In this document: piece after piece, positions 13,847-26,000 of the stretch
Layout: each line of letters opens with the position of its first letter
How positions within the stretch are numbered: the stretch's first letter is position 1
Source: Podarcis liolepis
Taxonomy: Eukaryota
Direction: 5' to 3' (one strand)
NCBI GenBank assembly: GCA_965112155.1
Contig: OZ218098.1
DNA length: 64,000 nucleotides
Notes under the pieces: generated by a model
What the model was told of the DNA's origin: nothing
The model's database searches: none
What the model saw: only the letters and a program-made list of their open reading frames with translations
Program-made: the position numbers and the translations under genes

Positions 13847-15175
13847 TCATGGTCACACTCTAAGGTGAGCAAGAAGGGTGGGAGACCAAGGTCAGCAGAA
13901 AAGAGAGGAGACAGGCTCCAGTTCTTGTTGTAATAGGCTGCTTATTTTGCTCAGCTATAATTTGAGGCTGGCGTGTTTTGGAGATAAATGTCATTCATCA
14001 GGAGCAATAAACAAAAACAGTGAAAATAAAGATAATATACAAGGACAATATTAATACTTAATAATGTAAAACCTTATAAATTTTTTAAAGTAATACATTC
14101 AAAAATTACTTATCAAAAAGACAAGTTAAGATACATTATTGCACTAAGGAAATACATAGCATGCATATCTGAAGGCAGCCCTGTTTAATGTTTGATGTTT
14201 TATCGTGTTTTTAATATTCTGTTGGGAGGCACTCAGAAGTGACTGGGGAAACCCAGCCAATAAACTGGAAATTTAACATCAAAAATCTATACAACTTCCA
14301 TTCTGTGTTTATATCTCTTCTCTGGTGCAATGGTCGCACTCTAAACCGAGTGTTTACTAAACACAGTATTTCACCTTTTCAATGATGGTTCAAATACAAG
14401 GCCATGTAGTTAATATTTATAATGAATTCCTATATCTGAACTATTAGTCCCTGAACTCGTGAGAACCGTTCCTTTGGAAAATGGCAACGAATTGTGTTTT
14501 ACTGCCTTTGTTGTTGTTGTTTTTAAACAAGGGGGGAAGAAAATAGGCTCCATGCTAAGCAGCTTAGGACATTGACCTTCATATAATCCAAACAGTATTG
14601 TTTGTGAGAACATAGAGATTTTCCTTAGCAGACAATGGGTTTGAGAAACAGTACCGACAGAATGAAATAAGACGTACTTCGGATATTCTGAAACTTAACA
14701 AATGAAGCTTAAGACCTACTAAGATGGCATAATGGGAACAGCCACGTCTGTAATTCATATATTTGCTTCATTCACTTTTAAAGTTGGATATGGGGGTTCT
14801 CTAATTTTTACAGCAGAAGTTGTGCAAGGGCAAGTGGAGCTGAAGCCTATTTTCTTACTGCTCTTGAGTCATTTTGGGTGTCCTCAGTCCTGTTCCATTA
14901 CCAGAAATGAGCTGAACTAGGAAGAAAAATGTCTTACGTGACAGAGCACAGTTAAGTAAGTCAATGAACATAAGCAGCTGCCTTATACGGACACAAATTG
15001 TTGATCCATCTAGAAGTAATGTAAGCACACCAGCAGGAGCGCCAGATTGTTTCTGCTGGTGTGTTTGCACCACATCCCTCTCCCCGCTGCCTCATCCCAA
15101 CTCCTGGCACAGTCACTCAGACCCATTCCATAGTCTAGTTGTACAAAGACCTCATGGTGTTACAACTTGCAGTTA

Positions 15176-15672
15176 CAGTGCTCCCTTGGTTCTCAAATGC
15201 CTTGGTTCTCAAACAACTTGGAACCCTAACACTGCAAAGTGATCCAGTAAGTGATCCAGTTTGCGAACTTTTTACGGAAGTCAAACGTGCTCCCTTTGGA
15301 GTGCTACACTTCCAATTTGAGTACCACACTTCCATTTGGAGTGTTATGCTGAGGTCTGTCTGTTTTTGCTAATTTTTTTTGCATTTTTGTGGCTCTCTTT
15401 TTTGGTGTGTGACTGCGTGGAACCCAGTGCAGCTACTGATTGATTGTGTGACTGCAGTACATTGCTTATTGCTTTTATTTTATGGATCAATGATCTTGTT
15501 AGATAGGAAAATTCATACTAAATTGCTGTTTTGGGGGTTGTTTTTAAAAGTCTGGAACGGATTAATCCATTTTGCATTACTTTCTATGGGAAAGTGTGGC
15601 TTGGTTTTGGAATGCTTTGGTTTTGGAATGGACTTCCGAAATGGATTAAGTTTGAGAACCAAGGTACCACTG
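15176..15672. mobile_element. Tigger/pogo-like non-autonomous DNA transposon (497 bp)
   Basis: ta|cagtgctcccttggttctcaaa ... tttgagaaccaaggtaccactg|ta; TIRs 20/22 identical, TA TSD. Confidence 0.85.
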
Positions 15673-15690
15673 TATTCGTTTCGTACACTT

Positions 15691-15890
15691 GTACCCTGCT
15701 TTATGCCCAAGGAGCTTAAGGCAGTGTACTTGGTTCTTCCCTCCATTTTATCCTCACAACCACCCTGTGAGATAGGTTAGGCTGTGGGATGGTGAGTGGC
15801 CTAACAGGTGGGTTTCATGGCTGAGTCGGGATTTGACCAGGGCCTTCCCAGTCCTGGGCCAACTCTGTAACCACTGTACCACATTAGCTC
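15691..15890 (-). mobile_element. Older tRNA/CORE-type SINE
   Basis: tttatcctcacaaccaccctgtgag...gggatttgacc...taaccactgtaccacattagctct is the reverse SINE body and head. Confidence 0.7.
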
Positions 15891-16315
15891 TACAGATCCT
15901 TGGCACACTAATAAAAAGTGTTAAAGCTGGCTGAAAAGGGCAGCTGATTGGACCAGTAGCCCACTTGATCCAGTATCCCTATTGAGGACCAAAGTAAATT
16001 TAAAGGGTGATTTCATGTATATTTGTGAGGAATCTGGCCACAGTTGAAAGAGCTTCTCAAAAGCCAATCAGTAAAGGGTGGCTGAAGTACTGAAATGCTT
16101 CAGTTTGGCTGCGGATGTATTAACTATACTAATGTGTAATCCTTTAATCCCACTAAGCATTTTACTTCAGTGACAGACACTGCAGTTAGCAAGTTCCACT
16201 GGCTAAGAAAGCGCTGAATGTGAAAACCTTGTTTTCTGTCAGATCTCTTTCTTTTTTGCCTGATTCTTCCTCTGGTTGTAAGGGGAATAATTCCATTGTG
16301 CTCTCTTAAACTTGT

Positions 16316-16510
16316 CAGTGGTTAGAGTGTCAGACTAGGACCTGGGAGATTGGGGTTCAAATCCCTACTTGGTCATTAATCTTACTGGGTGACCTTAGGG
16401 TTAGTCACTTCCTCTCAGGGTTGTTGTGCGAGTTAAGTAAGGAGGTGGAGAACCAGGTACACCACCTTGAGCAGGTGGGATATCAACGGAATGAATAAAT
16501 AAACAATAAA
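16316..16510 (+). mobile_element. Older tRNA/CORE-type SINE
   Basis: agtggttagagtgtcagactagg..ggttcaaatcc (B box)..ctgggtgacctt..aataaataaa tail. Confidence 0.7.
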
Positions 16511-19500
16511 AAAAATTGTATGGATCTCCCTTTCAGACATTTTGGCACTCTCTGAACACATTACTCTGCTCACCCAACCCTTAAAAAACGAAGCCATTTA
16601 GCATCACTTTGCACCTTGGCACATTTCATTATTCAGTATTCACAAATGAGTTAGTCATTGCCTTAATTCTGTTTGTCTTTTTAAAACATTAAGGCATATG
16701 TGTCCTGTGGTAGCTGAGAGAGAGAGAGAGAGAGATATCACAGTTTATAAAGAATGAAAGAGGACTGAATGCAGACTAAAGGTGAAAATATATGTATGAA
16801 AAGCAAAAGGTTTTCAAAATAGTAGGAAACTGAATTGAGAAAAGGTTGACTTCTCTCTTACAAGTGACACTATTTATTTGATGTGGAAGAGTAGGAGAGA
16901 ACAGAGATCCGCAAAACTCTTTAAACTTTTTAATTTTTTTATATGCCACTTGATTGTAATAAAACTTCTAAGCAGTTTACAAGAAATGTTGAGATTTTCA
17001 GTAAAAACATCATCCTACATTGAAAAGAGAATTAAATTGACAGTAGACCCAGGGATTTGTCAGTTTCCATTTTGGCAGTTTGGCCTAGACCTTTTCTCTC
17101 ATTGCCACTATTTGCCTCAGTCCCTCGGAAGTTAGTTTTGGCACTGAGATCTGACTTACATCTTCAGCTGTGGAGGCAATTCATTCAGCTTCTCGGAAAT
17201 CTCCTTTTCTTTCTTTAGCTTACCTTTGACTCGCTTCCCAACCCTTCCTAGGGTCTCTTGCTACTAAAATATCTAAATTAATTTTTGTTGCCTGCCTTTA
17301 TATTTTTAGCAATGTGCTCAAATTTTTTTTTTTTTAGCATTCCTTCTTGTCTGCCTTCATCCCCCCCACCCAGCCAAGGTTTGTGTTCATTTTTTTGTTC
17401 TGCTCATTTGGAAAGACTTCCATTTTTCAAAGGAAGCCTTTCCTCTAGTAACTTTTTTGACTCTGCTCCTTAACCACGCTGGCATCCTCTTGGTCCTTGT
17501 GGTACCTTTCCTGATCTGTGGTATACACTCCAGTTGAGCTTCTAATAATGTGTTTTAGACAACTCCCAATAATTTTGAAGTGATGTGGAGCCTTTCAACT
17601 TCCCTTTTACAAGAATGCATGATTTGATGTTTAAATGTAGGTTGTAAACCACCTTGAGATTTTTCTTCTTAAAAATATAAAATGGTATAGATGTGAAATG
17701 AATTAATAACAACCACAGTAATAATAGTTAATGGAATTTGTAACCCTTGATATATGGAGATAGCTGCCAATTGTTTGTTTTAAAACAAATTAAATGGAGA
17801 ATTTATCAATGAACAGTAGGTATATTGAGCCAAATGAAGCCCCCGTGGTTAAAGGCGCAATGTTCCTTAATTGAGTGTCAGGGGCAAACATTTTTGTGGC
17901 TACATCAGCAAGGCTTTTGCTCTCAGCCAGCAAGTCAGTTCTTAAGAACATGAGTGCAGCCACATACTGTACTCGTTGCAAACTGTATGTTCTTGTAGAT
18001 TCATAGTTATGCTTGAGGAGGCTAGAACAGTTGTTTTCTTGACCCCAGGACAACCCACTATGGCACAGTGTGAAAACTTTTCCTCTACAGTTGTGCCAAT
18101 CTCTGATTTATGACAGATGTCACATGCTCCATTCTTCAGGTTTCATAGCAGGGGAACAATAAGATTTTCTCCTTAGCCTGCCCTTTTTAGCTAAGTAGAG
18201 CTATCACTTATGATCACCATCAGGGAGGGATTTTTGCACCCTGGTTTATATTTCTGGCAGCTGCGTGACAAAAGTGGCAGAGTTGGTAAAGTTGTTGAGC
18301 AAATAACTAGAAGAATTTAGACAAAAAAAATGAGCGGATAAGTGTTTGAACTATGGAAAATTCCTCTGCTTTCAGAATGTTGAAAGACTAATGTCTGGTT
18401 TATGAGCCCTTCTGAAATTGAAGTTTGAAACCCAAAGTTGGCAAAAGAGCTCCCATGTTTTAAAAACAGAGTGCAGAATAGAGGTGAAAAAAATCCATCA
18501 GCATCTGATTTCATTTAGAAATGTCTGTTTCAGTGATGGGTGTGTTTATGCTGAAGAGTCTAGCACACAGTGAAAAAAAATCCTAATGCTCTCAGCATCT
18601 GAAAGCACCTTGGAATTAATCCTGTCTTTTTTTCTTTTTCTTTTTTTTTGTAAAAAAGCAAAATTAAAACTAGCTTGGCTGCTGCCTCTTATCTGGGATG
18701 GTCACATCCTATTCTAGTTGAGACCTGGGTACCTTGTAAGGCAGGGTGGCCCAATTTTTCATACCAAGTGGGCCACAAGAGTACTTCAACACAGAACCCA
18801 TGGACCATAAACTGTCTGCCTTGTTGGGGGGTAAGGGGAGAGAGGTAAAAATTAAATGCCCCCCTCAGCTCTTGCACTGCCTTTTTTGGGAAGGGGAGGG
18901 GTCCTAGAGCCCTCACACCTTCTTCCAAAGCTGGGAAACCACTAACTAGTGTTTGCGAATGAGACATGGATGGGGATGCTCATTGGTCATGTGGCTGAGG
19001 CCAATGAGAGTTTAAGTCCAACAGCCACAGGTCCTCCAGCCCTGTTTTAAGTTAACTCCCTGCTTCATTGCACTGCTGTAGCTTTCCATCTGCTTCCTAT
19101 ATCATCCCCCGCATCTAATATACTGTAGCACAGACTTTCCCAACCTGGCTACAGCCGGTGGCAGTTGTCCAAAACTTCTGGACGGCACCAAGTTGGGGAA
19201 GACGGCAGGATGTAGATATGGAATAGTTTTTGTCTCCATTTTTGTAGCCTCCTAACAACTCTGTGAAAGGGGGGGTCAGATTGGCACCCATCTAACTTTT
19301 CCCTGCCACAAGGCCTTGAAGATACTAGGCTGCTGTCCAAAACTCAAGGCTTCACCCATTCCCAAAGGCAGGAGGGGGCACCGTGTGTCATTTGCCGTAG
19401 TGCTTCATGATCAGCATGAAACTGGGATGCTGACATGGTAAGCAGATCATGGGCAAAATTTAATTGGAGTTCAAAAGTTAGTCCAAAGGCTTCTCCCCAG

Positions 19501-20506
19501 CCTTGCCTTCTAAGACTTTTTTAACTGTGTAAAACTGGGGAGGGAACCCAAGATTGTTAATATATAGGAAAGCACAGGCTTTGTTCCCGACGTGTGCTAC
19601 ACTCCCTTTTCTTTTGTTCCTGTATTCACACTTCTCTTCACTTCTGCTTTGTTTTTCAAACGGTGTCTGTCTGGTCATGTTTAGAATCCAGAAGAACTGT
19701 GGAATTTAACACCTAGCCTTCTGCAGGTTTCCCTTCTGCATTTCTATTCTGTCTTCTTTGGTCTTGTAAATCTTGTGGCTGTAATTTTAGCCACTGCTGC
19801 TCAAACTCCTTCCTTTCTAGTATTTGTAATCTTTCCCTGCTGTGCCATATGTTAAATTACTCTTTTAGCCGGATACAGTAGCACAATATTGGTAACCTAG
19901 TCAAAGAGTTATATGTCTGTCAGATCTGAAGGGAGGAATGATTGGAAACTTCAGAAAAGTGGGACTTGGGCTAAAAAACCAAAAAAACTTTGAATAAATG
20001 GAACTATTTCATGGATCCAGCACAAATATATATATATTTTAATTAAATGAATTTTGTTCTTGGAAAACTTAGACTTTTTTCTTCTTGAAGCACACTGGGA
20101 TGAAAATGTTTTCTGAAGAGCTGGATTTGGCCACTTAATACTATGGATTTGTTTTTGTTTGCATGCTTTCATTTATTTTCCCAATGACCCCTGGCAAATT
20201 TGTTTAAGATGAAACAGCATAAGTTCAGTGTTGATGTTGGACTTTTCTTGAGTCATTTTTGCCAGTAACTCTACTTAGTCCATTCCAAGCACTGGCAGGA
20301 GCCTGGAGATCTTTGGGCAGACCATTGATGCTTTTAGCCCTCATGTGTTCAGGCAAACACTTGAACACAACCTGAAGGACAGAGAGAACACAGGGACAGA
20401 ACACCCTCAATATATTGTGCCTGGTAATGCCCCCCTCCCATTTTGTGGTTGAACCTGCAACACTTTAAATTCTCCAAATGTACTCATCAACCCGCAAAGG
20501 TTGGGG

Positions 20507-20837
20507 CAGGGGTTCAACCCGCGGCTCCGGAGCCGCATGTGGCTCTTTTACACCTTTGCCGCGGCTCCGGGGCGTATACTAGTGAGGGGAGGAGGCGCAT
20601 TGTGTGCCCCGACACTCCCCACTGTGGCGGGCGCTGTACTGGCTGTGACGTCGCATGGGGGCGGTGCGTGCGTTAGTCACGCACCGTCCCGACGTCACCT
20701 TCCTGCCCACTGTCAGATCACGGCTCCGGAGATATATTTGTTTTAAATGTCGCAATGGTTTTGCGGCTCCCAGTTTTTCTTCTTCTTCGGAAACGGGTCC
20801 AAGTGGCTCTTTTTGTCTTAAAGGTTGCAGACCCCTG
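20507..20837. mobile_element. Young CpG-rich non-autonomous hAT (Charlie-like) transposon, 331 bp
   Basis: Ends caggggttcaacc / ggttgcagacccctg; perfect 8-bp TSD GGTTGGGG (20499-20506, 20838-20845); repeated CGGCTCC subterminal motifs. Confidence 0.9.
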
Positions 20838-22974
20838 GGTTGGGGGAACCCTGCTTTAACCTTATGCTTAACCATTTGAATTTTCTCCATTCCTGGAGTG
20901 TTGGACAAGCACACAGTATGGACAAAAGTTTCCAGGTGACCAGTTGGCCATGCTACTGAAATTAAGAGTACTATTAAGCAGTTGAATATCCTGTCAGCTA
21001 AGATACTATTTTCTCTTTGTATTTCTGGTCCACTTTCCACAATGTTCCCTCCCCTAGTTCATTGGTCTTGGTACAGCCTTTCACCTTTTCCAACTCGGCT
21101 TTCAGTAACTGGAACCAGTGCCTCTCCTTCTCTAAACTGAAAACTGTCACCTTAAGAAGATTTATGCATGGGTGAGGGGAAGGAGGTCTGCTTAAAATGC
21201 TGTTAAAATTGGTGCTGCTCACTATTAAAGACCTGGGCATTATAGGTCTAGCTAACCCCCATCTTTTAAAGTTGCAGGTTAGTCTGCAGTCATTTCGAAG
21301 TTAGTCATTTCAGAATTCAGTGCAAGCAATTTCTCTTGTGTGCCTTTTTCTGGAATGAAAGCTGGACAAAACTGTTCTGCCTGTCTCTGCCATACATTAG
21401 GTATGCCTGGTGAGCATGCTGACCCAAGAAAGGTTTTCGAAACTGAAAAGGTGTGAAAAATCAAGTTAACTGTCAAAACAGCTTTGCTTTGCAAAGAAGA
21501 GAGCTAATTGCAGTTTTGGCTCCCAACAAGTCAGATGTGACTGGAGCATTACAAATATTTTGCATTGCCAAATCAGTTTTTTATTGAAAAATACATGGGT
21601 TGCATATGGAAATAAATTAGGGCATTTGTTATCTAGATTACTTTCTTTGGCACTTTTATAAGATATTGCCCCTTACTAGGGGTAGGTTTGCTAGCTACCC
21701 TGAGGCTGTGATCAATTACTTCAGTAATTCTGCTTCCTCTCCCTCTTCCTCCAGTCCATGCCCAATTCTGACAGGGACATGGGGCTCATGACAGCATAGC
21801 ATTACAGGAAGAAAAACTCAGTTTAAAATCTTATTGCTTTCTCTCATGCCCCAGCTTGAGGAACCCTCTTCAGCGGATGATCTGGCGATCCCAGATCGAA
21901 ACATAGCCTGTGTCAAGGGACTGTGAGGTAGACCGGGGGTGGGGTCCAGACCCTCGGCGATCCATCCTTTCATTCACAACCCAGGTAACCCCTTCTCAGC
22001 TTCAGATGCCAGGTAGGCACCAAGCCCTAGGGAACAGAGGTGCCTAAAGGTGTCCAAAAACACTTTAGGAGTAAAGGAATATTTGTGAGTAAGCTACTGT
22101 ATGTGAATACACCAAATCTGCAAGCAGTAAAGATGGCTTGCAGCTGTGTCGTGAGTGGGGACTCAAATTAAAAGCTCTTAGTTCCAGACCGAGTGCTAGA
22201 GCAGCATCTTTGCTCCAGTTCCCTGACTTCTGTTTATCTAGCTTAGCTGGTCACTAGATATCCCCCCACACCCTGTGTTTGGATTTTGGACTGTTCCTGT
22301 GTTGCCTGCATTTTGGCTCTGACCTTGCTTCTCATGCTAGTCTTATATTTGGACTTTTCAAGATTGGGATGGCCCTGTGAGCTCCCAGCTGTTCTTCCTG
22401 TGTGGCACCTGGAACAGGACATTTGCTGATAACTCTTTCAGACTCCACATTATTTGATCAAGTTTAATGAGATCATCCAGCTTCTCTGCTGTATCAGGTG
22501 ATGTGTACATACTGTACATACAGGAAGCATAAACATAGGATGCACATTTTATAAGCACATTTACTAGCAGCACTTCTGTGGAACATCCAAAATATCCTGA
22601 ATGAAGAGCATTTAAAACACACAAAATATGTCGACGAGTGAAAGACATTTATGTGGCGGGAGCTCACTTGGTCCCCAGAGCTCCTATGTAAACAGCAGCT
22701 GTGTTGAGATCAGTCCAAAGTTGACTGTTCCAGGTTTTGGCTCATAACTGAAAGAGAATTCGGAGGTGTAAACATTTAAAGGGCCGTGATACACTGCCCT
22801 TCCTCTATCTTGAATCACTTACACAAACAATAAACTAATAGTACTGTCATGGGGCAGGAGCAGACAACACATGGGGAGGCAAAATTCCAAGGCTCTAAGA
22901 TCCTCAGAAAACTTATTCAAAGAGATCATGATTTCATCAGCTTCCTCAGGAATTTATGCCTTTCACTCCTGCCA

Positions 22975-23088
22975 GGTTTTCCTGATTACCAATCTTCTTT
23001 CCTCACCCCATAGAAATGAATGAAGCAAAAGTATTAATTCATTTCTATGGAGCAGGGGAAAGGGGTTGCAAATACAATCAGGAAAACC
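22975..23088. repeat. Nested inverted repeat (old palindromic element)
   Basis: ggttttcctgatt/aatcaggaaaacc (13 bp) enclosing ccatagaaatgaat/attcatttctatgg (14 bp). Confidence 0.75.
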
Positions 23089-26000
23089 CTCACACAGGAA
23101 ACACAATTTCCATCTTACAACGTGAATAAAAGAAGCTATACCTGGAGGGGGACTTATTTTTGTTTACGGCAGCAAGATAACTTAGCCCTTCTGGGTTAGA
23201 AGCTTCTGACTGTTTCAGGTGGTTGTTGTTTTTGATATGGTGTGCCCTTTTGAATTGCCCAGTGAGAAGACTGTAGAATGCTTAGCTCTCATACTGATTC
23301 TATGGTTCTACAGAAATACACAGTTTCTACTTTGCCCAGTGATTGCACCAGGTTCATTCTAGTTGAACTGGCTTAGGGATTATTATTTGATCATCTCGCC
23401 ATGTGCTCTGGTGTTTGTAACTCCAAAGTATTGCTACCGGACACTCCAAGCTCTGCCGAGCAGTTCAAGATTTCAGCAGTCTTGGTGCTCAACCAGGGCT
23501 GGTGTTTCCTTCGGGGGAAATGTGGCATGGCAGAAGCTGTAGTGTCTTTATGAAATATGGTTTACTTCTACATATTTAGCCCCGAGTCTGGATGGAGCGA
23601 GGGATCAGAGCATCACATCTCATGAAGGGCTTCCTCCCTGTAACAGCGCAGCATTGGATTCAAAAGCAGCCCAAACGCCATCTCTCTGTCTCCTCCTCAC
23701 AGCTTATCTGTCCCTCAGCCCGCATGGCCTCTGGCTCCACCCTTCTTCGTCCCCAAAACCCTTGCTAAAAATGCAACCCATGCCTCAAGTAAAAAGGACA
23801 TTTCCCTCCCCGTGGTAACATCACACCCCTTGTAACCCTGGCAACCTCCCCCTCCCAACTCTATACTCTATAACTCCCAACTCTGCTATACTCTTTCGCT
23901 AACTAACACACAGCTGGGGGAGGGACTCCACCCCCCTTATTGTTTTCCTGTGTGCAAGGACACATAGCTAGCCCTAGCTTGACTGAACAGCTGCTTTACA
24001 AATATGGTGGCCTCTTGTAAGTGACAGGAAGCTTAGGCCAAAAGGTGAAAGGAGGGGCAGACAAAATATTAAGGAGGTAAAGAGAGAGTAAAAGAGCAGA
24101 TGTAAAGGTCAGTTAAAACTGGAATGTCACATTGAAAGCTGTCAGGAGACCAAACTGCCTGTTTGTCTTTTTAAATAACTGGCATTTGTATGATTGCGAC
24201 GTCGACATTTAGACTGCAAAAACTGTTAAAGGACTCAAGTGAATTATGACTTCAGTATTTTTTTTCCCTGCAGTGGTGAGCTCCTCAGTGTTATTACAAC
24301 TGTTTGATGGTCTGCTACTTAGTGATGAATTAATGCAGCTTTTACAAAGCAACATAATGGCGGGATTTACATAATACAGGAATTTACTGTACCTTTTTTA
24401 TTTCTTCAAAATGGTGCCGAGAAGTGAGTTGTAATAAAATTGTAGGAATAAGGGCAGAACAGCCAAAGCAGCTACGTTACGCTGAGGTTGTCCTGCCCTC
24501 TCTGTAATGTGCAGTACAACTTACTCCTACGTTCCTGTTATTGTTGCCCAGAGCATTTGCCCTCTCCTGCTAGTGACAGCCAGTGATGTGGGGGCTGGGA
24601 AAACCCAGAGGCAGGGATTTTGCCCTGAGTGAGGTGCCAAGAAGTCTTCAGCAGGTAGGAGTTGCAGGCTCTCATTCAGAGGTAGGATACTTTGGCCATG
24701 ATGCTGACCTTAGTCAAGCCATGCTAGTGGACCAATAGAGCCTGAGGAAGACTGTTGAATTTATAGCATCCCTTTGAGATGCTTGTTTTTTACCTTCCGA
24801 TATGTCTACTGAGTGGGTAATTTTGCCTTCAGCAGTATCAAGGGTGCATGGCATATTTGTTATCTTTAGTCTTGTCTTTGTTTCATTACTGGGCATTTAT
24901 GAAAGTTGTGACACTATGACTTTCTTTTGCATGTGGAACACTCAAACGTTTTGTTGCTTGGCTCTGACGTACCTGTTAATACAATGGCATTTGCTTTGTG
25001 AGAGTGGGAAGGCTTGCTTGTCAGTTGGCTGGACTGCAATATTGCCCAAGGCAGAAATGGCTAGGAATGATCTTCTGTGATGGTTCTAAATGTGAGTTGT
25101 ATTGCCTGGAAGTTCATGTTTTATATTTGTGGTTCTGACTGAACTTGTTACCAGTAGTTGGAATGAAACAGAGTTGGGTGCCCATTGTACAATTGCAAAA
25201 CATTTCCCTTGTTCTAAAGCCCTATGGAGATAAGTGTTTGCATCAAAGACGCAATGTTCTAAGGCAGGGTGCAAAGAAGTCAGATGAATGTAATGTCAGG
25301 GACACTTGACAGCAGTCTTGTTCCCATAGAGAGGGCAACTCCTTTCAACAGCTGTGGGGTTCAGCCAACCTGACGGAACAACTTCTGTCTCCATTCAAAT
25401 TGATATGCTCAAAGCTGATGTTTCTGCCTGTATGGGACTTATATTCCCACGCACCCCTCCATCAGGTTGATGGCAAGTTTGGAGGGGCATGATCTAGCTT
25501 GGGAAATGGCATAGAGTGAAAGGATTAAGCACCACTTCTTTCAGTGCTGCTGCTAAGATCAAAACTGGAAACTTCAGTTGCAACTTTATTTTATAAAAAG
25601 TCAACAAGAGCTGACCTTTACATTGTGTTTGTTTGGTTTGGTTGTATGTTGTTTACCACTGCTCCGTTCCATTGTTGCAAGCAGTTATACCCAGAGTGGC
25701 TGGGGAAGCCCAGCCAGATGGGCGGGGTACAAATAATAAATAATTGTTGTTGTTGTTGTTTTGCAAGACCATGGAGCCTGCCACCAATTCTCTGTTCCAG
25801 AATTGGTCTCCTAAGACAAATTTCTCCTGAGAGGTTTCACATACATGGTTACTCTTGTAAAAAATCTTTGGAACCCTGCATGGGGAAAATGTGATTTGAT
25901 GTGAGCAGGGAGGACGGGGACTAGAAGCAGCTTTTTCCAAAATAAAAGAGTATCATGTTTTATTTATTTGTCTATTTATTTATTGCAAATACTCGTATCT

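Noticed and set aside
14981-14990. CArG-like CCTTATACGG (ACTN1 is an SRF target)
   Set aside because: One mismatch, and it sits in an aacataagcagctgccttatac retroelement tail; no perfect CArG found by eye.
20443-21040. CpG-rich stretch with ORFs, as a possible ACTN1 promoter or exon 1
   Set aside because: Bounded exactly by hAT TIRs and an 8-bp TSD; no actinin N-terminal peptide.
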